A DNA stretch of 64,000 nt from an uncultured Chthonomonas sp. (GTDB lineage: Bacteria; Armatimonadota; Chthonomonadetes; Chthonomonadales; Chthonomonadaceae), in contig CAIXIX010000588.1 of NCBI GenBank assembly GCA_903919615.1, positions 22,324-86,323 on the forward strand. The letters are read 5' to 3'. The translations under genes were made by a program, and so were the position numbers. Shown here one piece after another: positions 52,611 to 62,466 of the stretch (position 1 is the first letter of the stretch; each line of letters opens with the position of its first letter). The notes below the pieces were generated by a model, which was given only the letters and a program-made list of their open reading frames with translations, was not told the origin of the DNA and did not search any database.

Positions 52611-55600
52611 ATGGCGCATACACAAAGCGGCGCAAGTTTCAGGGACCTTGCATTTCTTGCCTTATCGCTCGTAGCCGCTGCGGCCGCGCAGGGTCAGCAA
52701 CACCCGGCTTCTGCGAAGCTGGAGTTCAACCGCGATATTCGCCCAATCCTATCGGATAACTGCTTCGCCTGCCATGGCCCGAACAAGGCCGCACGGCAGG
52801 GCGGACTGAGACTGGACGATAAATCGTCAGCGCTAACCACCGGCGCGGTCGTGCCCGGTCACCCGGAGAAGAGTGCGCTTGTCGCGCGTATCAACGGCTC
52901 CGGCGGTCCCATTATGCCGCCTGTAACCACGCACAAGACTCTTAATGCCACTCAGAAAAAACTGCTAACCGATTGGGTTAAACAGGGCGCCCCGTTTCAG
53001 CCCTACTGGGCCTATGGCCCGCTTCGCCGCCCTGCTGTTCCGAAGATCACCTCGACAAGCCTCTTCACGGTCCGCAGCCCGATCGATAGTTATATCCTCG
53101 AGAAGTTGAACAGCAAGAAGATAACGCCCTCCAAAGAGGCCGATCGCCGGACCCTTATTCGTCGCCTTTCTCTCGACCTTATTGGCCTGCCGCCAACTCC
53201 TCGCGAAGTTTCTGCGTTTCTTGCAGACAAGTCTCCCGATGCCTACAACCATCTCGTTGATCGCCTTATGATGTCGCCGCATTACGGAGAGAGAATGGCG
53301 GTTCCCTGGCTCGACATGGCACGCTATGCCGATACCGTTGGGTTTCATGGCGATCAGAATATGAACTCCTGGCCCTATCGCGACTATGTGATCGATTCGT
53401 TCAACAAGAACAAGCCCTTCGATAAGTTCACCATCGAACAGCTTGCCGGCGATCTGCTCCCCAACCCAACCCCAGAACAGCTCACGGCCACATGTTTTAA
53501 CCGCCTGAACATGGTCACCCGGGAAGGCGGGGCGCAGGATAAAGAGTATCTGGCTAAGTCTGCCGCAGATCGTGTGCGCACCGTCGGCATGACGTTCTTT
53601 GGTTCAACCTTCGCCTGCGCCGAGTGCCACGATCATAAGTTCGACCCCATCACCACACGCGATTTCTACAGTTTGGGCAGCTTCTTTGCAGACCTGAAAC
53701 AGTGGGGCATCTATGCCGATTATGGCTACACTCCCAACCCCGATCTGCGCGGATACAACAACGACTATCCGTTCCCGCCCGAGATTAAAGTAAACAGCGC
53801 TTACCTGCAGCAGAGGATCGCGAAGCAGAGGGCTGCTATTGGAGAGATCGCAGCACATGCTCTACTAACTGCTGCCCAGCAGGATCGAGACAGGTTTAAT
53901 GCCTGGATCGGCGCCTGCGGCACGTTTGTGAAGCAGCACCCGGATAGCTGGGAGACGCCTATTCCGAAAGTTGCTGCGAACGGGCGCAACTCAAAAGGCG
54001 AATTCGATGAGAAGGCGGCCCGACCCGGATTCGCCATTCAGCCCAATGGCAGCATTCTGCTCACCGACAGCTCACCCGGCGACATCACGCTCACGCTCAA
54101 GCCCGAATCGCCCTATCTCGCATCCGTTAGAGTAGAGATCCTGCCTCGCACAGAGAATGGCGATACGGTATACCGCAAAGGCCTCATGTCGGCTCGAGTT
54201 GGTATCGCGGCAGCCGTCGTCCACGCTGGCGATCAGATGGTTCCCGTAGCCTTCCGCTTCGCCACCGCCAATTTCTCCGAGCCGGAATATAACTCTGGCC
54301 ACGAGGTAGCCAATTTGAAGGGTGGATGGCGAGCATCTAAAGAAAACAGCAAGAGCACACAAGTTGCCGTCTGGTATCCCGATACGCCCATCGCACTGGG
54401 CGAGACTGATACAGTCGAGATCTCGCTCCCTCGCATTCAGGCGGGCTGCGTGCGGGTATCTTTATCACCCTTCGTCCCAGAACGTCCTGGTGTGCCTGCG
54501 ATTACAGATGTTTTGAAAACGGCGCTCATAGTTATGCAAAGCGGCGGACTGAAAACTGCCAGTCTCAGCAGCATTGTGCCAAGCTTGTCTGCCCCGATTA
54601 CCCAATTTCTTGAGGGCACTGCCTGGAGCCCAAACGCTTTTGCGCGCTACAAAGCGATTGAGGCGGATATTTTCGAATGCCGCGAGGGCCGCACGCCCGT
54701 CATGGTTGCAGAGGCGCGTAAGGAGCCACTTGTAACTCGCATTCTGGCACGCGGCAACTGGCAGGATGAGAGCGGCGCAATTGTTGAGCCAACCCTTCCC
54801 AGCTATCTACCGCATGAAACTGCGCCCAAGGGCCGAAGGCTCACGAGGCTCGATCTGGCAAAGTGGATCGTGTCCGACGAGAACCCGATTACCGCGCGTG
54901 CCATGGTCAACCGGTACTGGCGGCTCTTTTTCGGCACTGCGATTAGCGCCCAGGTGGAGGATCTGGGCGCGCAGGGCGAATGGCCGACGCATCCGGAACT
55001 TCTGGACTGGCTAGCCACCGAGTTCCGCTCCTCCGGGTGGGACATGAAGCACATGGTTCGCCTTATCGTCACGTCATCCACCTACCGGCAGGAATCGAAA
55101 CTGCGGCCAGAGCTAAAGGATATCGATCCTGCCAATCGGCTCCTCTCCAGCCAGAATCCCAGACGCCTGGAGGCAGAGCTCGTGCGAGACAATGCGCTCA
55201 CTATCGCAGGCATGCTGAATTCGGATCTTGGGGGTCCACCCTGCTTCCCGTATCAGCCTGCGGGCTACTACGCGAATATTCAGTTCCCGGATCGAGACTG
55301 GATTGCGAGCGGTGACGACCGCCAGTATCGGCGCGGCCTGTACATGCACTGGCAGCGGACCTTCCTGCACCCGATGCTCGCTAACTTTGATGCGCCTTCT
55401 CGCGAAGACTGCACTGCCACGCGCACCAATGCCAACACACCTCAGCAGGCGCTCACGCTGCTGAACGACCCCGAGTTTACCGAGGCGGCGCGCGTTCTTG
55501 GCACGGAGCTAGCAACGAAAAACATCTCCGATGCCGTGCGGGTTGAGACGCTCTTCCAGCGCGCACTGTGCCGGTCGCCGCGCGCAAACGAGCAGGCGTC

Positions 55601-55784
55601 ACTGTTAACCTTCCTGAAGCAGATGCGCACTGCGTACCATGAGCGGCCAGCCGATGCGGCCGCTTTCCTGCACATCGGCAACGCGCCAGCGCCTTCAACG
55701 TCCGTTTCTAACGAAGAGCTCGCTGCCTGGGCGAATGTGTGCAGAGTTGTGCTGAACCTGCATGAGACGATCGTTAGATACTAG
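52611..55784 (+). CDS. PSCyt / DUF1549 / DUF1553 protein (third paralog)
   Basis: Signal peptide, haem motif CFACHG, the block RRLSLDLIGLPP, and CAECHDHKFDP. Confidence 0.85.
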   Translation: MAHTQSGASFRDLAFLALSLVAAAAAQGQQHPASAKLEFNRDIRPILSDNCFACHGPNKAARQGGLRLDDKSSALTTGAVVPGHPEKSALVARINGSGGPIMPPVTTHKTLNATQKKLLTDWVKQGAPFQPYWAYGPLRRPAVPKITSTSLFTVRSPIDSYILEKLNSKKITPSKEADRRTLIRRLSLDLIGLPPTPREVSAFLADKSPDAYNHLVDRLMMSPHYGERMAVPWLDMARYADTVGFHGDQNMNSWPYRDYVIDSFNKNKPFDKFTIEQLAGDLLPNPTPEQLTATCFNRLNMVTREGGAQDKEYLAKSAADRVRTVGMTFFGSTFACAECHDHKFDPITTRDFYSLGSFFADLKQWGIYADYGYTPNPDLRGYNNDYPFPPEIKVNSAYLQQRIAKQRAAIGEIAAHALLTAAQQDRDRFNAWIGACGTFVKQHPDSWETPIPKVAANGRNSKGEFDEKAARPGFAIQPNGSILLTDSSPGDITLTLKPESPYLASVRVEILPRTENGDTVYRKGLMSARVGIAAAVVHAGDQMVPVAFRFATANFSEPEYNSGHEVANLKGGWRASKENSKSTQVAVWYPDTPIALGETDTVEISLPRIQAGCVRVSLSPFVPERPGVPAITDVLKTALIVMQSGGLKTASLSSIVPSLSAPITQFLEGTAWSPNAFARYKAIEADIFECREGRTPVMVAEARKEPLVTRILARGNWQDESGAIVEPTLPSYLPHETAPKGRRLTRLDLAKWIVSDENPITARAMVNRYWRLFFGTAISAQVEDLGAQGEWPTHPELLDWLATEFRSSGWDMKHMVRLIVTSSTYRQESKLRPELKDIDPANRLLSSQNPRRLEAELVRDNALTIAGMLNSDLGGPPCFPYQPAGYYANIQFPDRDWIASGDDRQYRRGLYMHWQRTFLHPMLANFDAPSREDCTATRTNANTPQQALTLLNDPEFTEAARVLGTELATKNISDAVRVETLFQRALCRSPRANEQASLLTFLKQMRTAYHERPADAAAFLHIGNAPAPSTSVSNEELAAWANVCRVVLNLHETIVRY

Positions 55785-55806
55785 GTTTTCGGTGTTAGGT
55801 TTTAGC
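55782..55806 (+). repeat. G/T-rich short tandem tract, copy B7
   Basis: TAGGTTTTCGGTGTTAGGTTTTAGC. The first TAG is the stop codon of 52611..55784. Confidence 0.7.
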
Positions 55807-56086
55807 CCGACGCACTCGGTCCTCGCTTCGCTCGGCGTGCGCAGTGAACCCGGTTTTTTGACTGACATGTCGCCTGCCGGATTGATGGTGAAGCAGACGC
55901 TAATGTTGCTGCAAACCACATTGCGGTGGCGTGAAGGGGCGCTGCTTGCCGCGCCCTCTATGGATAACATTGCCGTCAACAAAAGCTAGACGTGACAACT
56001 GGATGACTATTGTTGATGTTTAGATTCGGCATGCGAACTGCTAATGGGCGCAGTGACGATCCGGATCTAGAGGGGCTGTGCAAACC

Positions 56087-56142
56087 AGCCCTCACCCCGA
56101 CCCTCTTCCACGCAAGCGGGGAGAGGGAGAAAATTCACGCGC
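56087..56142 (+). repeat. Palindromic C-rich/G-rich intergenic element, copy C3
   Basis: AGCCCTCACCCCGACCCTCTTCCACGCAAGCGGGGAGAGGGAGAAAATTCACGCG. The arms CCCTCTTCC and GGAGAGGG can pair. Confidence 0.7.
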
Positions 56143-56214
56143 TCCAAGCAGCGCAACCACCGGTCAATGCAATGCCTGGAATTGGGAGTGGAGAGCATGA
56201 GTAGAGGGAATACG

Positions 56215-57654
56215 ATGCTGGAATCTGAAGGGGAGTTTGCGCGCAGAATAAGCAGACGCTCGTTTCTTGAGCAGTCTGCCTATGGGCTGGGGGGCATCGC
56301 GCTTGGCGCAATGAGCGGGAGCGCAGCACGGGCCGATGTTCATCAGGCGAAGTGGGACTCTAAAGGCGTAATCCTCAAGCCGCAGTATCCCGTCCGTGCC
56401 AAACGTATCATTCACCTCTCGATGGCTGGTGGGCCCAGCGCCTACGAAACGCTAGATTACAAACCCAAACTCAACGAACTTCACGGCAAGCCCTTCCCTG
56501 TCTCACTTACAAAAGGCCAGCAGTTAGCACAGCTCCAAGGATCTCAGCTGCTCTGCTTCGGCTCGAAGGCGACCTTTAAGAAGTGGGGCAAATCCGGCCA
56601 GGAGATCTCGAACTACTTCCCGCATATCGGCGGAATCGCTGACGATATCTGCATCGTACGCTCGATGGTTACAGAGCAGATCAATCACGACCCGGCGCAG
56701 GCGTTTATGAACTCTGGCTCGATCCTCAAGGGCCGACCCAGCATGGGCTCGTGGCTGCTCTACGGCCTTGGCTCCGCTTCGGAGAACCTGCCCGGCTATG
56801 TTGTCATGATCTCGGTAGGGCGAGGCGGTGCACAGCCGGTCTCCGCGAAGCAGTGGTCGAGCGGATTTCTGCCGGGTAAGTTTCAGGGCGTGCAGTTCCA
56901 GACTAAGGGCGATGCGGTCCACTTTGTTGGCAACCCGGAGGGGGTGTGCCAGAGCACGCAGAGAATTGTGGTCGACGAGATCAAGCGGCTGAACGGAATG
57001 CTCGCTTCAGAGCGGGTCGATCCCGAGCTTCAAACCCGAATCGCACAGTACGAGCTGGCATTCCGGATGCAGAGCAGCATTCCCGATCTCACCGATATGT
57101 CTAAAGAGCCGCAATCGGTGCTGGATATGTACGGTGTGAAAAAGGCGGGCGACGGAACGTTCGCGTCTAACTGCCTGCTGGCAAGGCGGCTTGTTGAGCG
57201 CGGCGCACGATTTGTTCAGCTCTATCATCGCGGTTGGGATCACCATGGGGATATCGAGCACGCGATGCCAGTGGCGGCGGAGGAGACCGACCGCGCCAGC
57301 GCCGCGCTGGTAACGGACCTAAAGCAGCGAGGCATGCTGGACGACACGCTTGTGATCTGGGGCGGTGAGTTTGGCCGCACTCCAATGGGGCAGGGAACGG
57401 GGCGAGATCATCACATCCGATCCTTCTCCCTCTGGATGGCCGGAGGAGGCATCAAGCCCGGCCTCACTTATGGCTCAACCGACGAGCTAGGCTATAACTC
57501 GGTGGAGAATGTCGTCTCAATGCATGATCTTCATGCGACGCTGCTCTACCTCTGCGGTATCAATCACGAGACGTTCACGGTCAAGTTTCTTGGTCTCGAT
57601 GCCCGGCTTAGCGGCGTGGAGCCATCGATGATCCTCAAGGACATCGTCGCATAA
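56215..57654 (+). CDS. DUF1501 (sulfatase-fold) protein with Tat signal (third paralog)
   Basis: ISRRSFLEQSAYGLGGIALGAM Tat signal plus GGEFGRTP and GRDHH blocks. ATG 56215 has GAGGGA 5 nt upstream. In-frame alternatives are ATG 56197 and 56167. Confidence 0.85.
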   Translation: MLESEGEFARRISRRSFLEQSAYGLGGIALGAMSGSAARADVHQAKWDSKGVILKPQYPVRAKRIIHLSMAGGPSAYETLDYKPKLNELHGKPFPVSLTKGQQLAQLQGSQLLCFGSKATFKKWGKSGQEISNYFPHIGGIADDICIVRSMVTEQINHDPAQAFMNSGSILKGRPSMGSWLLYGLGSASENLPGYVVMISVGRGGAQPVSAKQWSSGFLPGKFQGVQFQTKGDAVHFVGNPEGVCQSTQRIVVDEIKRLNGMLASERVDPELQTRIAQYELAFRMQSSIPDLTDMSKEPQSVLDMYGVKKAGDGTFASNCLLARRLVERGARFVQLYHRGWDHHGDIEHAMPVAAEETDRASAALVTDLKQRGMLDDTLVIWGGEFGRTPMGQGTGRDHHIRSFSLWMAGGGIKPGLTYGSTDELGYNSVENVVSMHDLHATLLYLCGINHETFTVKFLGLDARLSGVEPSMILKDIVA

Positions 57655-57676
57655 GCGGAAGAGTGGCACGCAAAGA

Positions 57677-57708
57677 CGCCTGCAGAGGACTGTTTCCATC
57701 TGCAGGCG
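57677..57708 (+). terminator. Hairpin after DUF1501 gene
   Basis: CGCCTGCAG-14 nt-CTGCAGGCG followed by CCATTTAATT. Confidence 0.5.
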
Positions 57709-57738
57709 CCATTTAATTACCATTCAAACAATTCGAAT

Positions 57739-57942
57739 CTAGGCGGCGGATTCGCACATATCTTGCGTATGTCCGCTAACCCTTCTAAACCGTCTGGTGT
57801 ACTGGATCACTTTGCGACCGACGGGAAGCTCATCACGCTCACGAACGTGAATGCGCGCGCCAGTTTCGATGTCGATATATTCACCGGGTTCAACGACGTC
57901 CCCGGAACCAAACTCACTGTTGATAGTATTGCTCGAACTCAT
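57739..57942 (-). CDS. Small hypothetical protein (67 aa)
   Basis: ATG 57942 preceded by GGAGACAGGAA. Isolated ORF in a spacer that is otherwise free of ORFs. No recognised domain. Confidence 0.4.
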   Translation of the reverse strand: MSSSNTINSEFGSGDVVEPGEYIDIETGARIHVRERDELPVGRKVIQYTRRFRRVSGHTQDMCESAA

Positions 57943-58129
57943 TTCCTGTCTCCACTGATTTCCAACTGCTATGCGTTTTGTGCTTCGCAGGTGAGGTTGT
58001 TGCGCTCTTAACGCCTGTAAAACCGACTCTCACGTGTAAATACGGCCAGAGTCACCATATGGTTGCACAAATATTACAATCTTGCAAACTGTGTCATACA
58101 TAGCGACGTGTGGCGGATATATAAGAATT

Positions 58130-58151
58130 CTAAGCGGTGGAGATCGCTTAG
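58130..58151 (-). terminator. Hairpin plus A/U-rich tail after lipoprotein gene
   Basis: Minus sense reads CTAAGCG-ATCTCCAC-CGCTTAG followed by AATTCTTATATAT. Starts 5 nt after stop 58156. Confidence 0.55.
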
Positions 58152-58155
58152 CCTT

Positions 58156-58491
58156 TCACTTCTTGCGAGCAAGGGTCATCGCTTTGCCGTCGTCGCCGGT
58201 CATTACCATCTCGTCTTCTGTACTCCATTTGATCGTCGCCGTGCGCTGCTGATTGGTGCGCAGCGTTAACTGGTCGCCTTCGTACTTATACTGGCCCGTG
58301 ACAGTTGAGCTGCTTCCGGGCATGCTGGCTTCCGTCTTGAAATTACCATCGGCCGAAAGCGTCATGGTTGCCTGGCCGGGCCCGCCTTTGATATCCCACG
58401 TTCCGACGATGCTGTGACTGGCTGTCTTAGCGCAACCTGCAAGCGCCAGTGTGGAGACGATGATTGTTGCGAATCGGGCAAGTTTGTTCAT
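58156..58491 (-). CDS. Lipocalin-like small lipoprotein
   Basis: ATG 58491 (GGAG upstream) gives MNKLARFATIIVSTLALAGC lipobox. IVGTWDIKG...GQYKYEGDQLTL is a lipocalin-like beta pattern. Confidence 0.7.
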   Translation of the reverse strand: MNKLARFATIIVSTLALAGCAKTASHSIVGTWDIKGGPGQATMTLSADGNFKTEASMPGSSSTVTGQYKYEGDQLTLRTNQQRTATIKWSTEDEMVMTGDDGKAMTLARKK

Positions 58492-58680
58492 GATAATTCT
58501 CCGTTGGATTGGGTTAGGTGAGGTTCGACGAGTACAATTTCTGCCTCCCACGCAGAATCGCCCCGTGTCACGCATCATGTCGGCTTGCGGTTTACAGGCC
58601 GTCTTCGCTCCTTTCGAAATAACGGTCGCCGCTCGTTCGTAACCTGTCAGGTTTGTGCTGTTGTGAGCGTGGAAATACCG

Positions 58681-58762
58681 GCCTCACCCTCGGTCCCTCT
58701 CCACGGGATTAATGGTTGAATGCTCCGAAGCGTGGTATTCGGCGTGGAGAGGGAATTCACGT
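58681..58762 (+). repeat. Palindromic C-rich/G-rich intergenic element, copy C4
   Basis: GCCTCACCCTCGGTCCCTCTCCACG...CGTGGAGAGGGAATTCACG, with 11-bp arms CCCTCTCCACG / CGTGGAGAGGG. Stop codon 58757-58759 of the phosphodiesterase gene lies inside the terminal AATTCACG. Confidence 0.7.
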
Positions 58763-59557
58763 CCGCAGCGCTTCGTGAATCACTCGCCCATCCCAGTAGC
58801 GGTCGGCAGTGATGCCGAGGAGATGGGCGAGCGTGGTGCAGGCATCGTAGAGCACGGGTTGCGTGGTGATCGGCCCGGGTTTGATCTCTGGACCGTGCAT
58901 CACCCAGGGGATGTTCATGTCCTCGTCGCACTCGGTGCCATGTGATCGGCCGTGGCCGCCATGATCGCTTAACAGCAGCACATTGCGCTCGCGTCCCGTC
59001 TTGCTGCAGGCCTCTAGAACATGCCCCACACAGGCATCCGCATTGGCGATCGCATCCAGATATTGCGGTGACATCCATCCATGCTCATGGCCGCACTCAT
59101 CGGTGTATCCGAGATAGACAAAGAGCAGATCGAAATCCTCTTCAAGCAGATGTTCCGCAGCCGAACGCGCTACTTTCCAGTCGCCCTCGGGCCGATACGC
59201 ATCGTTGTAACAGTAGGAGACATCGAGACGGTTTGGAGCGCAGAGATCCCGCAACTGCCCCCAGTTAAAGAAGAAGCCGGTTCGAAGCCCTGCTAGATGC
59301 GCGCTATCGATCACACTGGGTACCGGCCGCGCTAGTGGCTGGAAGTCGTTCGAGGTGATTCCATGTCGTGTAACATCTACCCCGCGCAGCATCGATGTGT
59401 GGCACGGCAGGGTAACCGAAGGCATCACGGACTGAGCCGTTAACGTGTACGCGCCTTCCGCCATCAGGCGATCTATCACAGGCGTGTGCGCCTGCATCAT
59501 GCCATCCGGCCGCATACCATCGATCGAGAACAATACGACCCCGTCACGAAGCTTCAT
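58757..59557 (-). CDS. Alkaline-phosphatase-superfamily phosphodiesterase / nucleotide pyrophosphatase
   Basis: VVLFSIDGMRPDG metal site, SVTLPCHTSMLRG nucleophile region, and LLSDHGGHG distal metal site. Confidence 0.8.
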   Translation of the reverse strand: MKLRDGVVLFSIDGMRPDGMMQAHTPVIDRLMAEGAYTLTAQSVMPSVTLPCHTSMLRGVDVTRHGITSNDFQPLARPVPSVIDSAHLAGLRTGFFFNWGQLRDLCAPNRLDVSYCYNDAYRPEGDWKVARSAAEHLLEEDFDLLFVYLGYTDECGHEHGWMSPQYLDAIANADACVGHVLEACSKTGRERNVLLLSDHGGHGRSHGTECDEDMNIPWVMHGPEIKPGPITTQPVLYDACTTLAHLLGITADRYWDGRVIHEALRT

Positions 59558-59568
59558 TTGAGACCCTT

Positions 59569-62070
59569 CTACTGCATCGCCAGCAATCGCTCTGCATCGA
59601 CCACTTCTGTTTTGATCTTATCATCCGTGGGGCGTCCTCGCTGTCGATATTCGGCAGCGTAATGCGGCCAGGTGGCGCGGCGCGAGTCCATTGCAAATAC
59701 TCGGCCATACTTGCTGGCGGAAGCAACCAGACTGCTTTTCGGGTAGTGGTTGACGAGCCGGTTCATAAGCGCCGCCGGCTCTCCAGCGGGCTTATACCGA
59801 AACCCGGCAGTGTTGCGCTGAAACCACCACGAAAGCGCCCCTACCCGATAGGATGCGCACGCCGCCCGGTAGATAGCGTTCGGGGCAATCTTTGAGTTCG
59901 GGAAATGTGCCGCGATATCGAGACAAAGCTCACGGCTACGCAGAAAGACATCGTGCTCTTTCATGTAGTTTCGAATTGCAAAGGTGTCCGCGTCCGACTG
60001 AGCACGTGTATTCCAGAAGATCTCGAAATTCACAACGCGCTCGCCTTTCCAGAGCATCACATTGTACAGAAGCAGATCGCTGTTGTTGTGATAATAGGAG
60101 GCATAACGATAGGCCGCCGCTGCTCTCGCTTCGTATCCATGAGATCGGCCAATTGCGCCTTTGAGACGGGCAAGTTCCCTCACCGCCTTCACAACTCCCG
60201 GGCAGGGATCGTCGGTATGTTCGCGCCTCTCAACATCAAAGGCGTTTAGCAAATCTGCTGGCAGGCTGGCGAAACATCGCTCGGCATCGCGCCATCTCTC
60301 GAGCCTCATATAACGAATACCAAGCGCATACGTCAACATCTGCCTGCGAGTGTACGAAATCTTAATGGATTTGTTGGGTGGATAGTCGAAACCCAACGTT
60401 GCATCCACCCTATCATCCCGGAAAGCGCGCAGACAGGCTTCAATCTGATGCGGGCTCATTCGTACATCGAGCAGATAGGCGATGTCGATAGAATAACCAA
60501 GCGCATTATACTGGTCAAGCGCTTCCGCAAGATGTCCCAGCTCTTCGCAGACAAGAGCGAGCAATTGCCTCGCGCTCTGGCGAATCGCATTATCCGTACT
60601 GACGTTCATCGCCTTTACAAGGTCTGCATGCGCGGCAGAAGCATGGTGCGATTTTGCTTCAGCGGATGCGCGCATGAACAGCGCTCTGTCATAGTCGGAT
60701 TTGGTTTTCAGCGCTCGCGATGTCCATTCTATGCACTGCGCGTAGTGACGCTGCTGATACTCCGCTTCCGCAAGCCGAACTTCAACCATTGGGCTCATGG
60801 CAGTGTACGGGCTCCGTTTCAGCGCCGATCGCGCCATATCTGAGAGATTAGCCAGATCTTGAAAGCGTGTATTTGTGTAGTAGAGCCTGTAGTAAATGTA
60901 CGCGACAAGGAGCGACGGAGAGCTCTTTAGGTCCTCACTAAATCTATGAATGAGGCTGAGAGACAACCGGCTGCGAAGCTTATTTATCTGCCGAACATTT
61001 CGAGCATCGGCATCTGGATCCGCTGGAGCGTCGTCACGGATGCGACGCAGGTACGCTTCCATAAGGATTACTGCTCCGTCGCCGGTTAGTCCGTTGGGTA
61101 GTGTCTTGTCGACCTCGAGCACAGACTCGAGGTCTCCTAGCTGGTAGTAGCACCACAGCGCGTCACTGTACCGTTTCTGCAGAAAATGTACTCTGGCTCT
61201 TAGGCCCAATGTGGATAGATAAAACCGCGTATGCGGATAGGAACTGAGAAGCTGCCGAATCGCCGCCTGGCCCATCTCCAGCATCTTCTGGCTCGGCCAG
61301 TCCTGCAGAATGCTCTCTCTGGCGATCATGATGAAAGCCGATTCGCGCATAGGCGAGTGTGGATAGCCGTTCGCACATTTCTGAAACAGCCCAATGGCCT
61401 CGGCTGAGTTGTTTGCCTCGTATGCATTGCAGGCTTGCCTGTAGCAAATGCGATCCTTCAAGAATGTGGCGCCAGCAGCTCCGCTCAAACCGCTCAATAT
61501 CTTATTGGAAAGCTTCCAGTTACCTGTTAGTCCCTGATCAATTGCGCCGTTATACTGCTTAACAGCGGTGATTTGGGAGGGTGTAACATGCCGCATCGCC
61601 AGCACGGAGGTCAGTAAGTCGACGCGGTCGCGTAGCTCACCTGTCCATCTGCCCTTCTTCGCCTGTATAGTCAGGTATATCTGGCGAGCCCGTCTCCAAT
61701 GAGCGGTCTGAACCTGCACCTTGGCGTTGTTATAGAGGACCGAGAACCTCTTCTTGAGCTCAGAGTCGCCGTCTTCATAACGGTAGTTGGAGTCTATGCG
61801 CGCGGATTCGATTGCGGCATAGCAGCGATCGGGATACCGATCGCGCTTCCGATCGAAAGCGTATCTATCACTTCTGTTCCAGAGGCCGCTATCCCAAAAG
61901 CCCGTTGGCGTTCGCCTTATCGGGGTTCCGAAGTCTGGCTCGTAGGAGTGAAAGTGCACAGAGGCAAGGTTTTCACCGTAGCAAGCCATTGCGGTTCGCA
62001 CCGGCAAACAGGCGAGCACGAATGCAATCGAGAATGCTGCTAAACTTCGTGTGGATGAAGTCAATGCCAT
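59569..62070 (-). CDS. Large secreted helical-repeat (TPR-like) protein, function unknown
   Basis: 833-aa ORF with signal MALTSSTRSLAAFSIAFVLACLPVRTAMA. Helical-repeat character throughout. Its stop lies 11 nt before the phosphodiesterase start, so probably one operon. Confidence 0.7.
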   Translation of the reverse strand: MALTSSTRSLAAFSIAFVLACLPVRTAMACYGENLASVHFHSYEPDFGTPIRRTPTGFWDSGLWNRSDRYAFDRKRDRYPDRCYAAIESARIDSNYRYEDGDSELKKRFSVLYNNAKVQVQTAHWRRARQIYLTIQAKKGRWTGELRDRVDLLTSVLAMRHVTPSQITAVKQYNGAIDQGLTGNWKLSNKILSGLSGAAGATFLKDRICYRQACNAYEANNSAEAIGLFQKCANGYPHSPMRESAFIMIARESILQDWPSQKMLEMGQAAIRQLLSSYPHTRFYLSTLGLRARVHFLQKRYSDALWCYYQLGDLESVLEVDKTLPNGLTGDGAVILMEAYLRRIRDDAPADPDADARNVRQINKLRSRLSLSLIHRFSEDLKSSPSLLVAYIYYRLYYTNTRFQDLANLSDMARSALKRSPYTAMSPMVEVRLAEAEYQQRHYAQCIEWTSRALKTKSDYDRALFMRASAEAKSHHASAAHADLVKAMNVSTDNAIRQSARQLLALVCEELGHLAEALDQYNALGYSIDIAYLLDVRMSPHQIEACLRAFRDDRVDATLGFDYPPNKSIKISYTRRQMLTYALGIRYMRLERWRDAERCFASLPADLLNAFDVERREHTDDPCPGVVKAVRELARLKGAIGRSHGYEARAAAAYRYASYYHNNSDLLLYNVMLWKGERVVNFEIFWNTRAQSDADTFAIRNYMKEHDVFLRSRELCLDIAAHFPNSKIAPNAIYRAACASYRVGALSWWFQRNTAGFRYKPAGEPAALMNRLVNHYPKSSLVASASKYGRVFAMDSRRATWPHYAAEYRQRGRPTDDKIKTEVVDAERLLAMQ

Positions 62071-62288
62071 CCTGCGCTTTCAGTGGGTTAGGAGGTGACG
62101 AAACGGAGTTCTGCGAATAATGTGTAGAGTCCTTTAAGGGTGTGGAGAACCCGTGTTGTTCAGAAGCATCACTAAGCCAGTCGCAGGAAGAGTCTAGCCG
62201 TGATTCATTAGTCAATCCACCACGAATAGCTTCTGGTTATGGCCCTGTACAGAAATTTCACTCCAGGCGATCGAAGAATGAACATATT

Positions 62289-62392
62289 TTATCCCCCTCC
62301 CCAACCTAGCTCTATCACTCGGACCCTCATTCTTCGGGCGCGACAGAGAACACCCCGTCATTTGCTCGCAAGCTCGCGGGGAGGGGACTATT
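62289..62392 (+). repeat. Palindromic C-rich/G-rich intergenic element, copy C2
   Basis: Left arm TTATCCCCCTCCCCAACCTAGC matches C1 at 21 of 22 positions. Right arm CGCGGGGAGGGGAC. Confidence 0.7.
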
Positions 62393-62466
62393 TGCTCCTT
62401 CGGTTGTCGTCGAGCTTCGGCTGCGAATGCTGATTCATGTTTAAAACAAGCGTGCAGAGGGAAAAA

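Noticed and set aside
6917-55806. Repeat tracts as a CRISPR array or telomere-like or satellite DNA.
   Set aside because: The units are only 7-9 nt long, irregular, have no spacers and span at most 76 nt per locus. No cas genes are present. The tracts are dispersed at gene ends rather than clustered.
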